DNA from: Mycobacteriales bacterium
GTDB taxonomy: Bacteria; Actinomycetota; Actinomycetes; Mycobacteriales; QHCE01
Direction: 5' to 3'
Length of the DNA stretch: 64,000 bases
Assembly (NCBI GenBank): GCA_041743105.1
Contig: JBGTNI010000072.1
Location: forward strand, 10,777-74,776
Part shown: in pieces, positions 31,867 through 41,686 of the stretch
How the letters are laid out: each line of letters opens with the position of its first letter
How positions within the stretch are numbered: the stretch's first letter is position 1
Position numbers and translations under genes: made by a program
Notes under the pieces: generated by a model
The model's input: the letters and a program-made list of their open reading frames with translations, nothing else
Told to the model about the DNA's origin: nothing
Databases searched by the model: none

Positions 31867-32391
31867 ATGACTACATCTCCAGACACCTCACCGTCAGACC
31901 CGCCTTCCAGTCAGCCCGATGCGGCTACCACCGTCGTCGACACGGCCGCTTCCGCGGTCACCATCGCCGGCTACTCCGACTACACCGACGCCCAGAAAGC
32001 CGTCGACTACCTCTCCGACGAGGGCTTCCCGGTCCAGCACACCGCAATCGTCGGCTCCGACCTGCACTTGATAGAGCGGGTGACCGGCCGCGTCACGGTG
32101 CTACGCGCCGCGTTCACCGGTGGCGTCGCCGGCATCTGGTTCGGTCTGCTACTCGGCCTGATCTTGGCGATCGCCAATGAGGGTGAGACGGCCGTGTTGG
32201 GTGTGGCGATTCTGGTCGGCGCGATCGGTGGAGCGTTGTACTACTCGATCACCCACGCGCTCACCCGTGGCACGCGTGACTTCGCGTCCCGCAGTGAGAT
32301 CGTGGCCCGCAAGTACGACATCACCGTCGCTGCCGGCTATGCCGAGCGCGCCAAGGCCACCCTGGCCAAGCTCGACACATCCAAGCACTGA
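31867..32391 (+). CDS. General stress protein 17M-like membrane protein
   Basis: Y.DY..AQKAVDYLSD.GFPV.H.AIVG.DL..IERVTGR, RDF.S. Confidence 0.8.
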   Translation: MTTSPDTSPSDPPSSQPDAATTVVDTAASAVTIAGYSDYTDAQKAVDYLSDEGFPVQHTAIVGSDLHLIERVTGRVTVLRAAFTGGVAGIWFGLLLGLILAIANEGETAVLGVAILVGAIGGALYYSITHALTRGTRDFASRSEIVARKYDITVAAGYAERAKATLAKLDTSKH

Positions 32392-32566
32392 TCTATTCGT
32401 CGTTAGGTGAGGCGCGGAGCGTCGCCCGCGCCTCACCGGCTACCTGGTCACCTGGTCACCTGGTCACCTGGTCCAACCCTGTGGGCTCAAGCCGTGAAAG
32501 GGCAGGCCGCACCGATCTGAGGAAATACAGCGCTCGTAGCGCATCACGCTGGGATAACATTTTGTT

Positions 32567-32851
32567 ATGACAACGACGGTGGGAATCCGGGAGATTACCC
32601 GAACGACCTCGAAGATCATTCATCGGGCCGCTGCGGGCGAGACAGTCATCATCACCGAACATGACGAGCCCATCGCGATGCTTGTACCACTTCCTCGCAC
32701 CGGTGACGCCGAAGTAGACCAGCTCATACGAGACGGCGAGCTCGCTCCGGCCAGTAATCCTGCTGGACTAAAGGCTCTTCTCGCCATTCGACCGGCACCG
32801 GCTAGCAATGAGATGGAGAGCACGGCCACTATCAGCGACGACCGCGGATGA
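32567..32851 (+). CDS. vapB: Phd/YefM-family antitoxin (VapB)
   Basis: TVGIRE....SKIIHRAAAGETVIITEHDEPIAMLVP. An ATAACA-TTT-TGTTAT palindrome overlaps the start. Confidence 0.88.
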   Translation: MTTTVGIREITRTTSKIIHRAAAGETVIITEHDEPIAMLVPLPRTGDAEVDQLIRDGELAPASNPAGLKALLAIRPAPASNEMESTATISDDRG

Positions 32852-33281
32852 TCTACCTGGACAGTTGCGCGATCGGGTTGAGCGCGAAAGTGCCGCGCTC
32901 CGTGCTTGGCTTACAGCAAACCCGCAGCCGTTGGTGACCTCAGCACTCGCCCGAGTTGAAGCGACCCGTGCACTTCGAAGGATAGAGCCGGCCGCCCTCC
33001 ACCTGCTCCCTCTCGCGCTCGCCACTATGCACCACCACCCGATCACCGATCCGTTCTCAGCACGGCCATCGGCTACGAAGATCCTTACCTGTAGCCTCGA
33101 CGCAATCCATCTCGCTAGCGCTCAGAGGTTTCAAACATCGCTTCAGTGGTTTCTCACCTATGATCGCCGTCTCATCGCGGCAGCCGGACGCCTCGGAATT
33201 TCGGCGGCATCTCCAGGAAGCGGCGGGAGCGACGCTGGCCGATGCGGGTATTGTCTCTTGATCGGTTCGTTGGTGGGCTGA
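32848..33281 (+). pseudogene. vapC: VapC PIN toxin, disrupted by several indels
   Basis: MIYLDSCAI starts at the ATGA overlap, then frameshifts to ESAALRAWL..TSALARVE. VLSTAIGYEDPYL lies in another frame. SLDAIHLASA..FLTYDRRL follows. Confidence 0.85.
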
Positions 33282-33303
33282 GACGCGGGGTGTCGCCCGC
33301 GCC

Positions 33304-34281
33304 TCACCTATCCACGGGACCATCCGGGCCGAGCCTGCTAGCGCTACCGCCTGGCTGAGCGCGACCGTGTGGAGATCTGGAGCCGGGGGGTTGCTGGCTT
33401 AACGGACCGAATCTTTCAGACGACGTACTAGGGCGCTCACCAGGTCTAGCCTGCGGCGACCGGAGTTGCGGCGGCAGCGATATAAATGTCGCTGGTGGGT
33501 ACCCCTCGCTTTCCGCATAGGCGTTCAGGCTGTCTACGTATCCCGCAACCCACTCATCTGTCTCCTCGTCACCACTGACGGTAAGCGCAGCAGCGCCATG
33601 CCGACCGTGACGCAGATAGAATGCAGCGAGGCGGTTCACCAACCTCTCATGGGGGCCGCCATACCCATACTCCGCATCGGATGGGTGAGATGGACACGCC
33701 GATATGACGGCGGGAAAGCCACCCCCGGCTCGCGCCATTTCTTGGACATCCAACGGTTCTAGGCCGGTCGCGAAATGGCCATGAATCTGATCGGTATCAG
33801 GCTCAAGCACGCCGGCGCTGGCCACGTCGAGATACACCCGGTCTATGCCACCGGCGCGAGGCAGCCGGCCAACCGAGAACAGGCCCAACTCCGCGCCGGT
33901 GGCATCGGGCTTTAGCAACGGCGAGGCGTAAGCCTCAAGCTCCAAACCGTGCCATGTGTCGGCTCCCGCACACAAATCTGTCAGCTTCGTGAGCGTGGCC
34001 TCGGCTAGTATTAGGGGCGAAAGTGTGGGACGAGTCCTCAAGGTTCGTAGCGCACTTGCGACGTACTCCGGATGGGAGGTGCGTAAGAGCTCGCCGACTT
34101 TCGCAACATCTGCAGCGGAAAGGGCTGCCCGAACGTCCTGGCCCGGGAGGAAATCGGGTAGCACCTGTGTAATAGCTGATCCATCGCCTAGCGCACGCTC
34201 GCGTTGCTGATTCCAGAGATCGCGCACCTCGTCCAACGGGAGCGGCTCGTCAGGTTGTGTCACGTTTACCACCGCTCCCAT
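33304..34281 (-). CDS. Orphan-family paralog 1 with Pro/Arg-rich tail
   Basis: Shares QPDEPL, WHGL..E.(F/Y)ASPLL, SAGVL, H.HF..G..P, FP..IS..P and AALTVS.D with its neighbours. Confidence 0.75.
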   Translation of the reverse strand: MGAVVNVTQPDEPLPLDEVRDLWNQQRERALGDGSAITQVLPDFLPGQDVRAALSAADVAKVGELLRTSHPEYVASALRTLRTRPTLSPLILAEATLTKLTDLCAGADTWHGLELEAYASPLLKPDATGAELGLFSVGRLPRAGGIDRVYLDVASAGVLEPDTDQIHGHFATGLEPLDVQEMARAGGGFPAVISACPSHPSDAEYGYGGPHERLVNRLAAFYLRHGRHGAAALTVSGDEETDEWVAGYVDSLNAYAESEGYPPATFISLPPQLRSPQARPGERPSTSSERFGPLSQQPPGSRSPHGRAQPGGSASRLGPDGPVDR

Positions 34282-34405
34282 TTTCTGAAGTTTCGCTCAA
34301 CGGTGCCACACGCCAGCACCCGCTGTTCACCGAACGCGACGATACGGAGTGCTTTCGCCTAGAATCAGCCGCCCATTCCCGCTCGTATCGAAAACCATTG
34401 AGCCG

Positions 34406-35421
34406 CTAGGGCTTGTTGTGCGGACGGTGGCGAACCGAAGACCTTAGCTGCTCCGCCTGGGAGCCTGGCGCGGGCAACGCGCTGCGGCGCACACCTCGGC
34501 GGTCAGCCACCGATCTCAGCAGCTCCGGCGGCAGCGGAGTGAGTTGCGCAGTCACGCATCCCTCGTTCTGGGCGTAGTGGTTCAGCGTCTCCAGGTGCGT
34601 CTCAAGCAGCGGCAAGATGTTCGCATCGGCACTGACAGTGAGAGCAGCCGGGTTTGCTCCAATCTGACCGTGGCGGAGGTACACCGCCGCGAGTTGGGCC
34701 ACGGTGTCCTTTTGAAATTTTCCAAGTCGGTATATTTCGCCCAGTTCGCCGGCTGGGAACACCGATATGAGGCCGGGAAAGTCGTTGTGTGTCGCGCGCT
34801 GTGCCATAGCTACGGCATCCAGTGGCGATAAACCGGCGGCGAAGTGGCAATGCAACCGCTGCGGCTTACCAAGGACGCCAGCGCTCCCCACGTTGAGGAA
34901 CGTCCGGGGCAGGCTATCCAGACTAGGGTCGCCGGTGCGCGACAATTCGCGGGTAGAAACAGCGCGGGTCTTGGGCTTTCGCCACCGTTAGCGCCGTCGA
35001 GTCCGAGCAGCGGCGACGCGAAGTTCTCGGGCTTCAAACCGTGCCAGGCATCGGGTCCCTGGAATAAAGCGCCCGGCTTCAGACGGTGGGCTTCACCTTC
35101 CGCGCATTGTCGCGCCAACCTCCATCGCGCCGCCTCGGCAAGCAGCACGGGGGGAAGTGCGGCCCGCCCGTGCACAATGGCTAACACCCGTTCCTTCGTG
35201 ACTGTGTCTGTGTTCGAATCGCCGAGGAAAGCGGCGATAGTGGCAACGTCGTGATCGGAGAGAATTGCAGGGCCGCCAGGGCTCAGGGCGAGCTCTGGCA
35301 CCCTGAATCGCAGATCGGTTTTGGCGCCTTCGGCAAAGCGCCGCTGACTGGCCCAGATGCCGCTCACAGCAGCGGACTGGAGCGGCTCATCGGGTTGTGA
35401 CACGGCTACCGCCAATCCGAC
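34406..35421 (-). pseudogene. Orphan-family paralog 2, split by one frameshift near 34958 (possibly a sequencing error)
   Basis: N-terminal half is in ORF 34810..35604 (VSQPDEPL..WHGLKPENFASPLL) and C-terminal half in 34406..34945. Adding one T to the TTT run gives LFSTREL, matching LFSVGRL of paralog 1. Start approximate. Confidence 0.7.
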
Positions 35422-35488
35422 TGCTCGCGAGTTCGGCTTAACGGTGTCATATGGCCGAGCCGGTTGCTCAGCGAACCGAGCAACTCGG

Positions 35489-36379
35489 TTAAGGATGCCT
35501 ACGCGGACGTCCGCCTTGATCTCGCGGTCCGACGTAACCAGGGGGCGGCGCAAGCGGGTCGCCCGGATCGCTAGGGTGCTTCGGGCCAGGACGCGCCGCG
35601 CCATGGGGAGGTTTGCTATCCAGCATCGCCGGCGGTAGCTCGGTTCGGCTGATGCCCGGGAGACCGGCTTCCCTGCAACGCTTGTTCACTACTGGCACGA
35701 CAGCTGCTAGCGCTGCCACCAAGGCACCGTCACCACTGACCGAGATCGCTGCCTGGTTCGGGAACTGGAGGCGCAGACCGGTCAGGTCGAGCATCAGGCC
35801 GAACTGTGGGTTGGCCAGTTCCCTCGGGTACACCGACACCATGCCGGCGCTTTCGTTCACGCTGGCCCGACGAAGCAACTCCAGTGCCTGGACCGGAGTG
35901 GTCTCGCCGCCGGTGAAATGACAGTGCACGGCCGGTGGCGGCTCGGCCAGCACCAGCGGATGGGCCGCTCTGATGTAGGCACACGGCGGGTTCCAGCCAT
36001 AGTTCACCGCGATATTGGTCAGCAGCGGCTTTGCTCGCTCAGAGCTCGAAGACATTCGTGTCGGATCGCCGAAGGCATCCAGACGGAGGCCGAATGCCGG
36101 GCGCGCTCCGGATTCGGTGAGCCTTACCAGTTCGGGACGAGCCATTCTGGCGAGATCTAGAACCGGCAGCGACGGGACGACCCTCACCGCCACCGCACCC
36201 AAGCTTGCTGTATTAACCACGTCGTCAGCGCCCAGCTCTCCCGCCTGACAGGCTAGACGCAGCTCCACCAGGTCGGCCCAGATTGGTCGACTGAGGACAT
36301 CGAGCCGGGAATCGCTGAGCGGGCCAGGCCGCGTCATGACTGCCTCCTCAGTGGGCCGCAATGTCCCAGTCTGCGCCAA
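35489..36379 (-). CDS. Orphan-family paralog 3 with Pro/Arg-rich tail (start probably MTRPG at 36337)
   Basis: VHCHFTGGETTP, GMVSVYP, AAISVSGD and LPP motifs align with paralogs 1 and 2. Confidence 0.7.
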   Translation of the reverse strand: MAQTGTLRPTEEAVMTRPGPLSDSRLDVLSRPIWADLVELRLACQAGELGADDVVNTASLGAVAVRVVPSLPVLDLARMARPELVRLTESGARPAFGLRLDAFGDPTRMSSSSERAKPLLTNIAVNYGWNPPCAYIRAAHPLVLAEPPPAVHCHFTGGETTPVQALELLRRASVNESAGMVSVYPRELANPQFGLMLDLTGLRLQFPNQAAISVSGDGALVAALAAVVPVVNKRCREAGLPGISRTELPPAMLDSKPPHGAARPGPKHPSDPGDPLAPPPGYVGPRDQGGRPRRHP

Positions 36380-39065
36380 GGCCCACTGAGACCTCCAGCG
36401 GAACCTTCAGCGTCACCGCGCCCGCCATCTGCTCGCGGGCTAACTTTTCCACCTGCTCGGTTTCATCGGGGGCGATTTCGAAGATCAACTCATCGTGTAC
36501 CTGTAGCAGCAGCCGCGAAGCGAGACCGGCGTCGCCGAGTGCGGTGTTCGTCGCCAGCATCGCCACCTTCATCACGTCGGCAGCAGAGCCCTGAATGGGC
36601 GCGTTCAGCGCCATGCGTTCGGCCATCTCACGACGCTGCCGGTTGTCGCTGACCAGATCGGGAAGGTAACGGCGCCGCCCCAGAATGGTCGAGGTGTAGC
36701 CGTCTCGCCGGGCCTGCTCTACCACGCCGTAGAGGTAATCGCGCACGCCTCCGAAGCGGAGGAAATACTCCTCACGCAGCGCTTGCGCTTCGGCGGAGCC
36801 AATGCCCAGCTGCTGCGCCAGCCCGAAGGCCGACAGCCCGTACGCCAGGCCGTACGACATGGCCTTGATGCGCCGCCTCAGTTCGGGGTCCACCGCACTG
36901 GGCGTCACGTTGAACACCCGCGCCGCCACCGTGGTGTGCAGATCCTCGCCGACATTGAACGCATCGATCAGGCCCGCGTCGTCGGACAGGTGCGCCATGA
37001 TGCGCATCTCGATCTGGCTATAGTCGGCCGTCATGAGCGATTCGTAGCCCCGCCCCACCACGAACGCACGTCGGATCTGCCGACCTTCGTCGGTGCGGAT
37101 AGGGATGTTCTGCAAGTTGGGATCCACCGACGACAGCCGTCCCGTGGCGGTGCCGAGCTGGTTGAAGGTGGTGTGTATGCGACCGTCGTCGGCGACCGTT
37201 TTCAGTAACCCGTCCACAGTGGTTTTCAGTCGCATCACGTCGCGGTGGCGGAGTAGGTGGGCCAGTAACGGATTGTTCGTCTGGGCGTGCAGCCCCGCGA
37301 GGGCGTCGGCGTCGGTGGTGTAGCCGGTCTTGATGCGTTTGGTCTTCGGTAAGCCCATTTCGTCGAAGAGAATCGCCTGTAGCTGTTTAGGCGAACCCAG
37401 GTTGAACTCCCGCCCCACCTCCTGATGCGCCTGTCGCACCGCAAGGTTCACCTCGGCGGCGAATTGTCCGCGCAGCTGCTCCAGGTATGCCGCGTCGGCG
37501 GCGATCCCGACCTGCTCCATCCGTGCCAGCAGCGCCACCAGCGGAAGCTCCACATCGGCTATGAGTTTGGAAGCACCCACCTGCGCCACCTCTCCGGCGA
37601 GCACAGTCGATAGCCGGGATACGGCCACGGCACGCGTGGCCAGCGCATCGGCGTCTGCTGTGGCATCCAGCCCGTCCAAACTGAGCTGCCCACCAGAGGC
37701 CGGATCGTCGGGTAGCTCCGCGTGCAGGTACCGCACGACGAGATCGGCCAGGTCGTAGCTGCGCTGATCGGGTCGCACCACGTAGGCCTGTACCGCGGTG
37801 TCTGCCACCAGTCCGCGCAGCTGCCACCCGTGTGCCGCACATGCGGTGAGCATGGGCTTGGCGTGGTGGTACAGCTTGCCCACCGCTGGGTCGGCCAGCC
37901 ACTGGGCCAGCACGCTGGCATCGGCCTGGTCCAGTCGCTCCGGGGCAAACCACACCGCCTCGCCGGTCGCGACGCCCAGCGCCATCCCCCCGTTCAGATC
38001 CAGCCGACCATCCGCGGTCGATTTCACCGCGAGACCGACCTGGCTTCCGGCAGGCGCGTGGCGCCCAAGCCAGTTGGCGAGTTCGCCGGAGCCCACCAGG
38101 GTGTTCACCGTAGTAACGAGACCGCCCGGCGAGGAGTCGTCGCCGGCGTCACCATCGCCAACTTCGCCAGGTCGCATTCCCGGCCAGGCAGCCTGTAGCC
38201 GTTCACGCAACACGCGAAACTGCAGCGTGTCGAAGAGCTGGTGCATGGCCTGCCGGTCGGCACCCTGCCAGCGCAGTTGATCCACCGTGTAGGGCAGGGT
38301 CATATCGGTGATCAGCTCGTTGAGCTGGTAATTGCGCAACACACCGGCGAGGTGTTCGCGCACCGCATCGCCAACCTTGCCGCCGATCTCATCAGCTCGC
38401 TCGACCAGTGTGGACAACGATCCGTACGACGACAACCACTTAGCCGCGGTCTTCGGCCCGACACCGGGTACTCCGGGGAGGTTGTCGCTGGACTCCCCCA
38501 CCAAGGCGGCCAAATCGCGGTAGCGCTCCGGCGGCACACCGTACCGTTCGCGCACCTCCGCCGGCGTGATCCGCGCCAGATCGGAGACGCCCTTACGCGG
38601 ATACAGCACCGTACAGTCGTCGGTGACGAGCTGAAAAGCATCCCGATCGCCGGTGCAGATCAGCGCAGGCAGCCGGTGCGCGCCCGCCTGCGTGGACAGC
38701 GTGGCGATGATGTCGTCGGCTTCGTAGCCTTCCAGTGCGATGGCGGGGATGCGCAGCGTCGCGAGCACCTCGCGGATCAGCTCGATCTGGCCACGGAATT
38801 CATCGGGCGTGGCCGCGCGCCCTGCTTTGTATTCGGCGTACTGCTCCGTACGAAACGACGTGCGAGACACATCGAATGCCACCGCGATGTGGCTAGGCTG
38901 CTCGTCGCGCACCACGTTGATCAGCATCGACGTGAAGCCGTACACCGCGTTGGTGGGCTGACCGGTGGTGGTGGAGAAATTCTCCACGGGCAGCGCGAAG
39001 TACGCCCGGTACGCTAGGGAATGGCCATCGAGAAGCAGTAAACGTTCGGCAGGTGGTGGGGTCAC
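36348..39065 (-). CDS. polA: DNA polymerase I
   Basis: LLLDGHSLAYRA, GYEADD, SDNLPGVPGVGPKTA, TGRLSS.DPNLQNIP, ADYSQIEMR, QVHDEL. Confidence 0.98.
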   Translation of the reverse strand: MTPPPAERLLLLDGHSLAYRAYFALPVENFSTTTGQPTNAVYGFTSMLINVVRDEQPSHIAVAFDVSRTSFRTEQYAEYKAGRAATPDEFRGQIELIREVLATLRIPAIALEGYEADDIIATLSTQAGAHRLPALICTGDRDAFQLVTDDCTVLYPRKGVSDLARITPAEVRERYGVPPERYRDLAALVGESSDNLPGVPGVGPKTAAKWLSSYGSLSTLVERADEIGGKVGDAVREHLAGVLRNYQLNELITDMTLPYTVDQLRWQGADRQAMHQLFDTLQFRVLRERLQAAWPGMRPGEVGDGDAGDDSSPGGLVTTVNTLVGSGELANWLGRHAPAGSQVGLAVKSTADGRLDLNGGMALGVATGEAVWFAPERLDQADASVLAQWLADPAVGKLYHHAKPMLTACAAHGWQLRGLVADTAVQAYVVRPDQRSYDLADLVVRYLHAELPDDPASGGQLSLDGLDATADADALATRAVAVSRLSTVLAGEVAQVGASKLIADVELPLVALLARMEQVGIAADAAYLEQLRGQFAAEVNLAVRQAHQEVGREFNLGSPKQLQAILFDEMGLPKTKRIKTGYTTDADALAGLHAQTNNPLLAHLLRHRDVMRLKTTVDGLLKTVADDGRIHTTFNQLGTATGRLSSVDPNLQNIPIRTDEGRQIRRAFVVGRGYESLMTADYSQIEMRIMAHLSDDAGLIDAFNVGEDLHTTVAARVFNVTPSAVDPELRRRIKAMSYGLAYGLSAFGLAQQLGIGSAEAQALREEYFLRFGGVRDYLYGVVEQARRDGYTSTILGRRRYLPDLVSDNRQRREMAERMALNAPIQGSAADVMKVAMLATNTALGDAGLASRLLLQVHDELIFEIAPDETEQVEKLAREQMAGAVTLKVPLEVSVGLGADWDIAAH

Positions 39066-39174
39066 GCGACGAGCTTAGACTGTTCCATCCCTCATCGTTG
39101 TGGGCCGATACCGGCGTCGTTGAGTTGCCGACAATCTCGGCAGACTCGCCGTGCCCGGCAACCACGATGAAGCC

Positions 39175-39210
39175 CGAACGCAGCTGGGTCAGCTGACCCA
39201 GCTGCGTTCG
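39175..39210. repeat. Perfect 36-bp palindrome
   Basis: CGAACGCAGCTGGGTCAGCTGACCCAGCTGCGTTCG equals its own reverse complement. Confidence 0.9.
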
Positions 39211-39320
39211 ATAGTCTCGTCTGAACTTCAGATGTTCACACAGCTAACGATGATCACATGCTGGCCGTACCACGTCCGGGACCGCCAAATCGAGCTAGAT
39301 CACGAAGTCTGGCTGGAGTA

Positions 39321-39527
39321 CTAGAACCCATACTCGCCGCATTTGTCCGGGGCACATGGGTACTTCGGAGTCGCGGTCAATGAGGCCTGATCGCTCGCCG
39401 TCGCGGAACTAAGCCACAATCCTCCTGCCGCGATGGCGATAATTGCACCGACCACGATCACGCGCACAATCGACCCAGCCACCGCCGATTCGATGAGCCT
39501 CCGTATCCGAGAGGAATCTATTGCCAT
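39321..39527 (-). CDS. Small secreted or membrane peptide precursor
   Basis: GGAGG RBS, basic N-terminus, hydrophobic helix, ATA cleavage-like site, short tail ..PKYPCAPDKCGEYGF. Confidence 0.6.
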   Translation of the reverse strand: MAIDSSRIRRLIESAVAGSIVRVIVVGAIIAIAAGGLWLSSATASDQASLTATPKYPCAPDKCGEYGF

Positions 39528-39663
39528 CTCGCCTCCACATCAATGCCGGATTACTTGTGCTATCGCGCTCATATACTAATAGCAGCCTACGGCACCGCTC
39601 GACGCCGCTTGGTGGTGACCATTTCACTTCGTCGATTCGTTCGGGACGCTCAGCGCTTCCGAC

Positions 39664-40962
39664 TCATCGCTGTGGGCCGATACCGGCGGCGTTGAGGCGC
39701 CGAACAATCTCAGCGGACTCGGCGTACCCGGCAACCACGATAAAGTCGGGACGCAGGTCGGCTAGCCGAGCGACTTGCTGCCGGTAGTCGCGACTTGCCG
39801 GGTCATAGGTGACAGCGACGATGTCGGACGCGGAGACTCCGGCGGCGGAAAGGTTCTGCTTAATGCCGGTGGCCAGTCCCGTGCCGTAGGGGGTGTTCTG
39901 ATGCAGCAGACCAACTACTTTGCCGCCCTCTTGCAGGATAATGTTGGCTAGCAGCCGGGCCTGCAGCTCATCTGGCGGGGCGGTGCGGAAGTACATGCCC
40001 TTGTCGTCGTAGCCGGTGAACTCATCGGAAGTGTTCGCGGGTGAAAACATCACCACACCCGCGGCGATCACGTCGTCGAGCACGGCCTTGGCTACTCCCG
40101 ACGCGCCGGGCCCAATAATCGCGCCGACATCGGCGTTCAGCAGCCGGGTGACGGCACGGCGTGCCACGCCCGCGTCGGTACCGTCGTCGGCTTCGAGCAG
40201 GCTGACCGGTGTTCCGTTCACGCCACCGGCAGCGTTGATGTCGCGCACCGCTAACTGCACGGCCGCCAACATCGCCGGGCCATACGCGGACAAAGCGCCA
40301 CTTTGCGGGAGCAGCGCCCCTAGCCGCAGCGGCTCACCAGAGCCACCGGCAGGCTTCGGTGGCGACCGGGTCACCGCGTTCTTAGGGTCACCGATCACTA
40401 GGTAGGTGTTCTTGGCAACCTCGCCGCGGTCGTCGTAGGAGACCAGGCCGTAGTTGCCGACGGAGGGCTCGCCCGCGGAGGTGAAGTCGAGTTCGCCGCT
40501 TGCCCCGTCGTAGTCGACGTCGGTGCCTTTAGCGATCAGGTCCAAGCACTGCTTCACCTGCCGGCATTTCTCACCGCCAACTGTCACGCCGTTGATCTGC
40601 GGCGCGAAAGCCGCAGCATTCCCGCTACCGGCGATCTGGGCGGCCAACGCGGTGATCACCGTGGCGTCATAGGACTCGCCAGCGTAGGCGAGCTCTGTCA
40701 GGCCTGCGTTCTGCTCTTTGAGGCGAGTGGCGAATTCCTTTGACAGTTCGATAAGCCGACTCGTGCCCCGCATGCCAGCGATCGCGCCAGGTGCGTCACT
40801 GAATTGGGCGGCGAAGCTTGGGCCAGTGTTCGCATCGGTGCCCAGCACCTTGACGCTCTTGGCTTCCCGCTCACTAGTCGCGCAACCAGAGGTGGCCAAC
40901 AACATGGCACCCACGATGACCGCAACCAGCAGCTGGTTCGTACCTGCTCGCGGTTGCCGCAT
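39664..40962 (-). CDS. Liv/branched-chain amino-acid-type ABC substrate-binding lipoprotein (circularly permuted)
   Basis: Lipobox TSGC. The usual C-terminal motifs (Y.GESYDA, DYDGASG.LDF...GEP) precede the usual N-terminal motif (LRLGALLPQSG.L...GP, FRTAPPD.LQ). Confidence 0.85.
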   Translation of the reverse strand: MRQPRAGTNQLLVAVIVGAMLLATSGCATSEREAKSVKVLGTDANTGPSFAAQFSDAPGAIAGMRGTSRLIELSKEFATRLKEQNAGLTELAYAGESYDATVITALAAQIAGSGNAAAFAPQINGVTVGGEKCRQVKQCLDLIAKGTDVDYDGASGELDFTSAGEPSVGNYGLVSYDDRGEVAKNTYLVIGDPKNAVTRSPPKPAGGSGEPLRLGALLPQSGALSAYGPAMLAAVQLAVRDINAAGGVNGTPVSLLEADDGTDAGVARRAVTRLLNADVGAIIGPGASGVAKAVLDDVIAAGVVMFSPANTSDEFTGYDDKGMYFRTAPPDELQARLLANIILQEGGKVVGLLHQNTPYGTGLATGIKQNLSAAGVSASDIVAVTYDPASRDYRQQVARLADLRPDFIVVAGYAESAEIVRRLNAAGIGPQR

Positions 40963-41136
40963 ACACCCTCTCCCAGAAGCTGTGTTGTGCGACTGAGCCT
41001 AATACCGGCAACGGATTAGCGCGGCCGCCGGGACGTGTAAGCCGCAATCGACATGTGGCCATGAGCTTGCGTCCCGCTGAGGTTAGGATCCGATGCCGTC
41101 TAAGAATTGCCGGTAATTTCAGGTACGGTCTGCCCC

Positions 41137-41571
41137 ATGGCGTATGTCTTTCAGGTGACGATCGATTCGACTGAGCCGCACGTGCTCGCCGACTGGTGGG
41201 CTGACGCCCTCGGCTGGGAGGTGGAACCCAGCGACGAGGCGTTCATTCGCCGCATGGTCGCGGAAGGTCAAGCCAGCGATGACGACACAACAACCCATCA
41301 CGGCACGCTGGTGTGGAAGGAGGGCGCAGCGATCCGACAGCCGGATGGAAAGGATCTCGCGCCACGTGTCCTTTTTCAGTTCGTGCCGGAGCCCAAGACG
41401 GTTAAGAATCGCGCCCACCTTGATGTTCGCGTCGGCGCGGACGACTTGGAAGTCGTGGTGGAGCGACTGACCGCCAAGGGGGCAACGCTCCTGCACCGCG
41501 GACGACAAGGCCCACACACATGGTGCACCCTCACTGACCCGGAGAACAATGAGTTCTGTGTGTCGCAGTGA
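41137..41571 (+). CDS. VOC/glyoxalase-family protein
   Basis: FQVTID..PH.LADWW..ALG, FQ.VPEPKTVKNR.HLD, DPE.NEFC. Confidence 0.9.
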   Translation: MAYVFQVTIDSTEPHVLADWWADALGWEVEPSDEAFIRRMVAEGQASDDDTTTHHGTLVWKEGAAIRQPDGKDLAPRVLFQFVPEPKTVKNRAHLDVRVGADDLEVVVERLTAKGATLLHRGRQGPHTWCTLTDPENNEFCVSQ

Positions 41572-41686
41572 GCGCGCCCCTCAGGCAGCCACTACCCGTT
41601 CATAGTCCCCGTCATAGACCAGCGGGCCCTCAGCTCGCCGACGATCTGTTCGCCACGGCCGTTAGTGTAGAAGCTGGCTGTGGCGA

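Larger units (their letters stand above)
32389..33308 (+). repeat. ~50-bp imperfect direct repeats (hairpin-bearing) flanking vapBC
   Basis: 32389-32437 TGATCTATTCGTCGTTAGGTGAGGCGCGGAGCGTCGCCCGCGCCTCACC versus 33259-33308 TGATCGGTTCGTTGGTGGGCTGAGACGCGGGGTGTCGCCCGCGCCTCACC. Confidence 0.7.
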
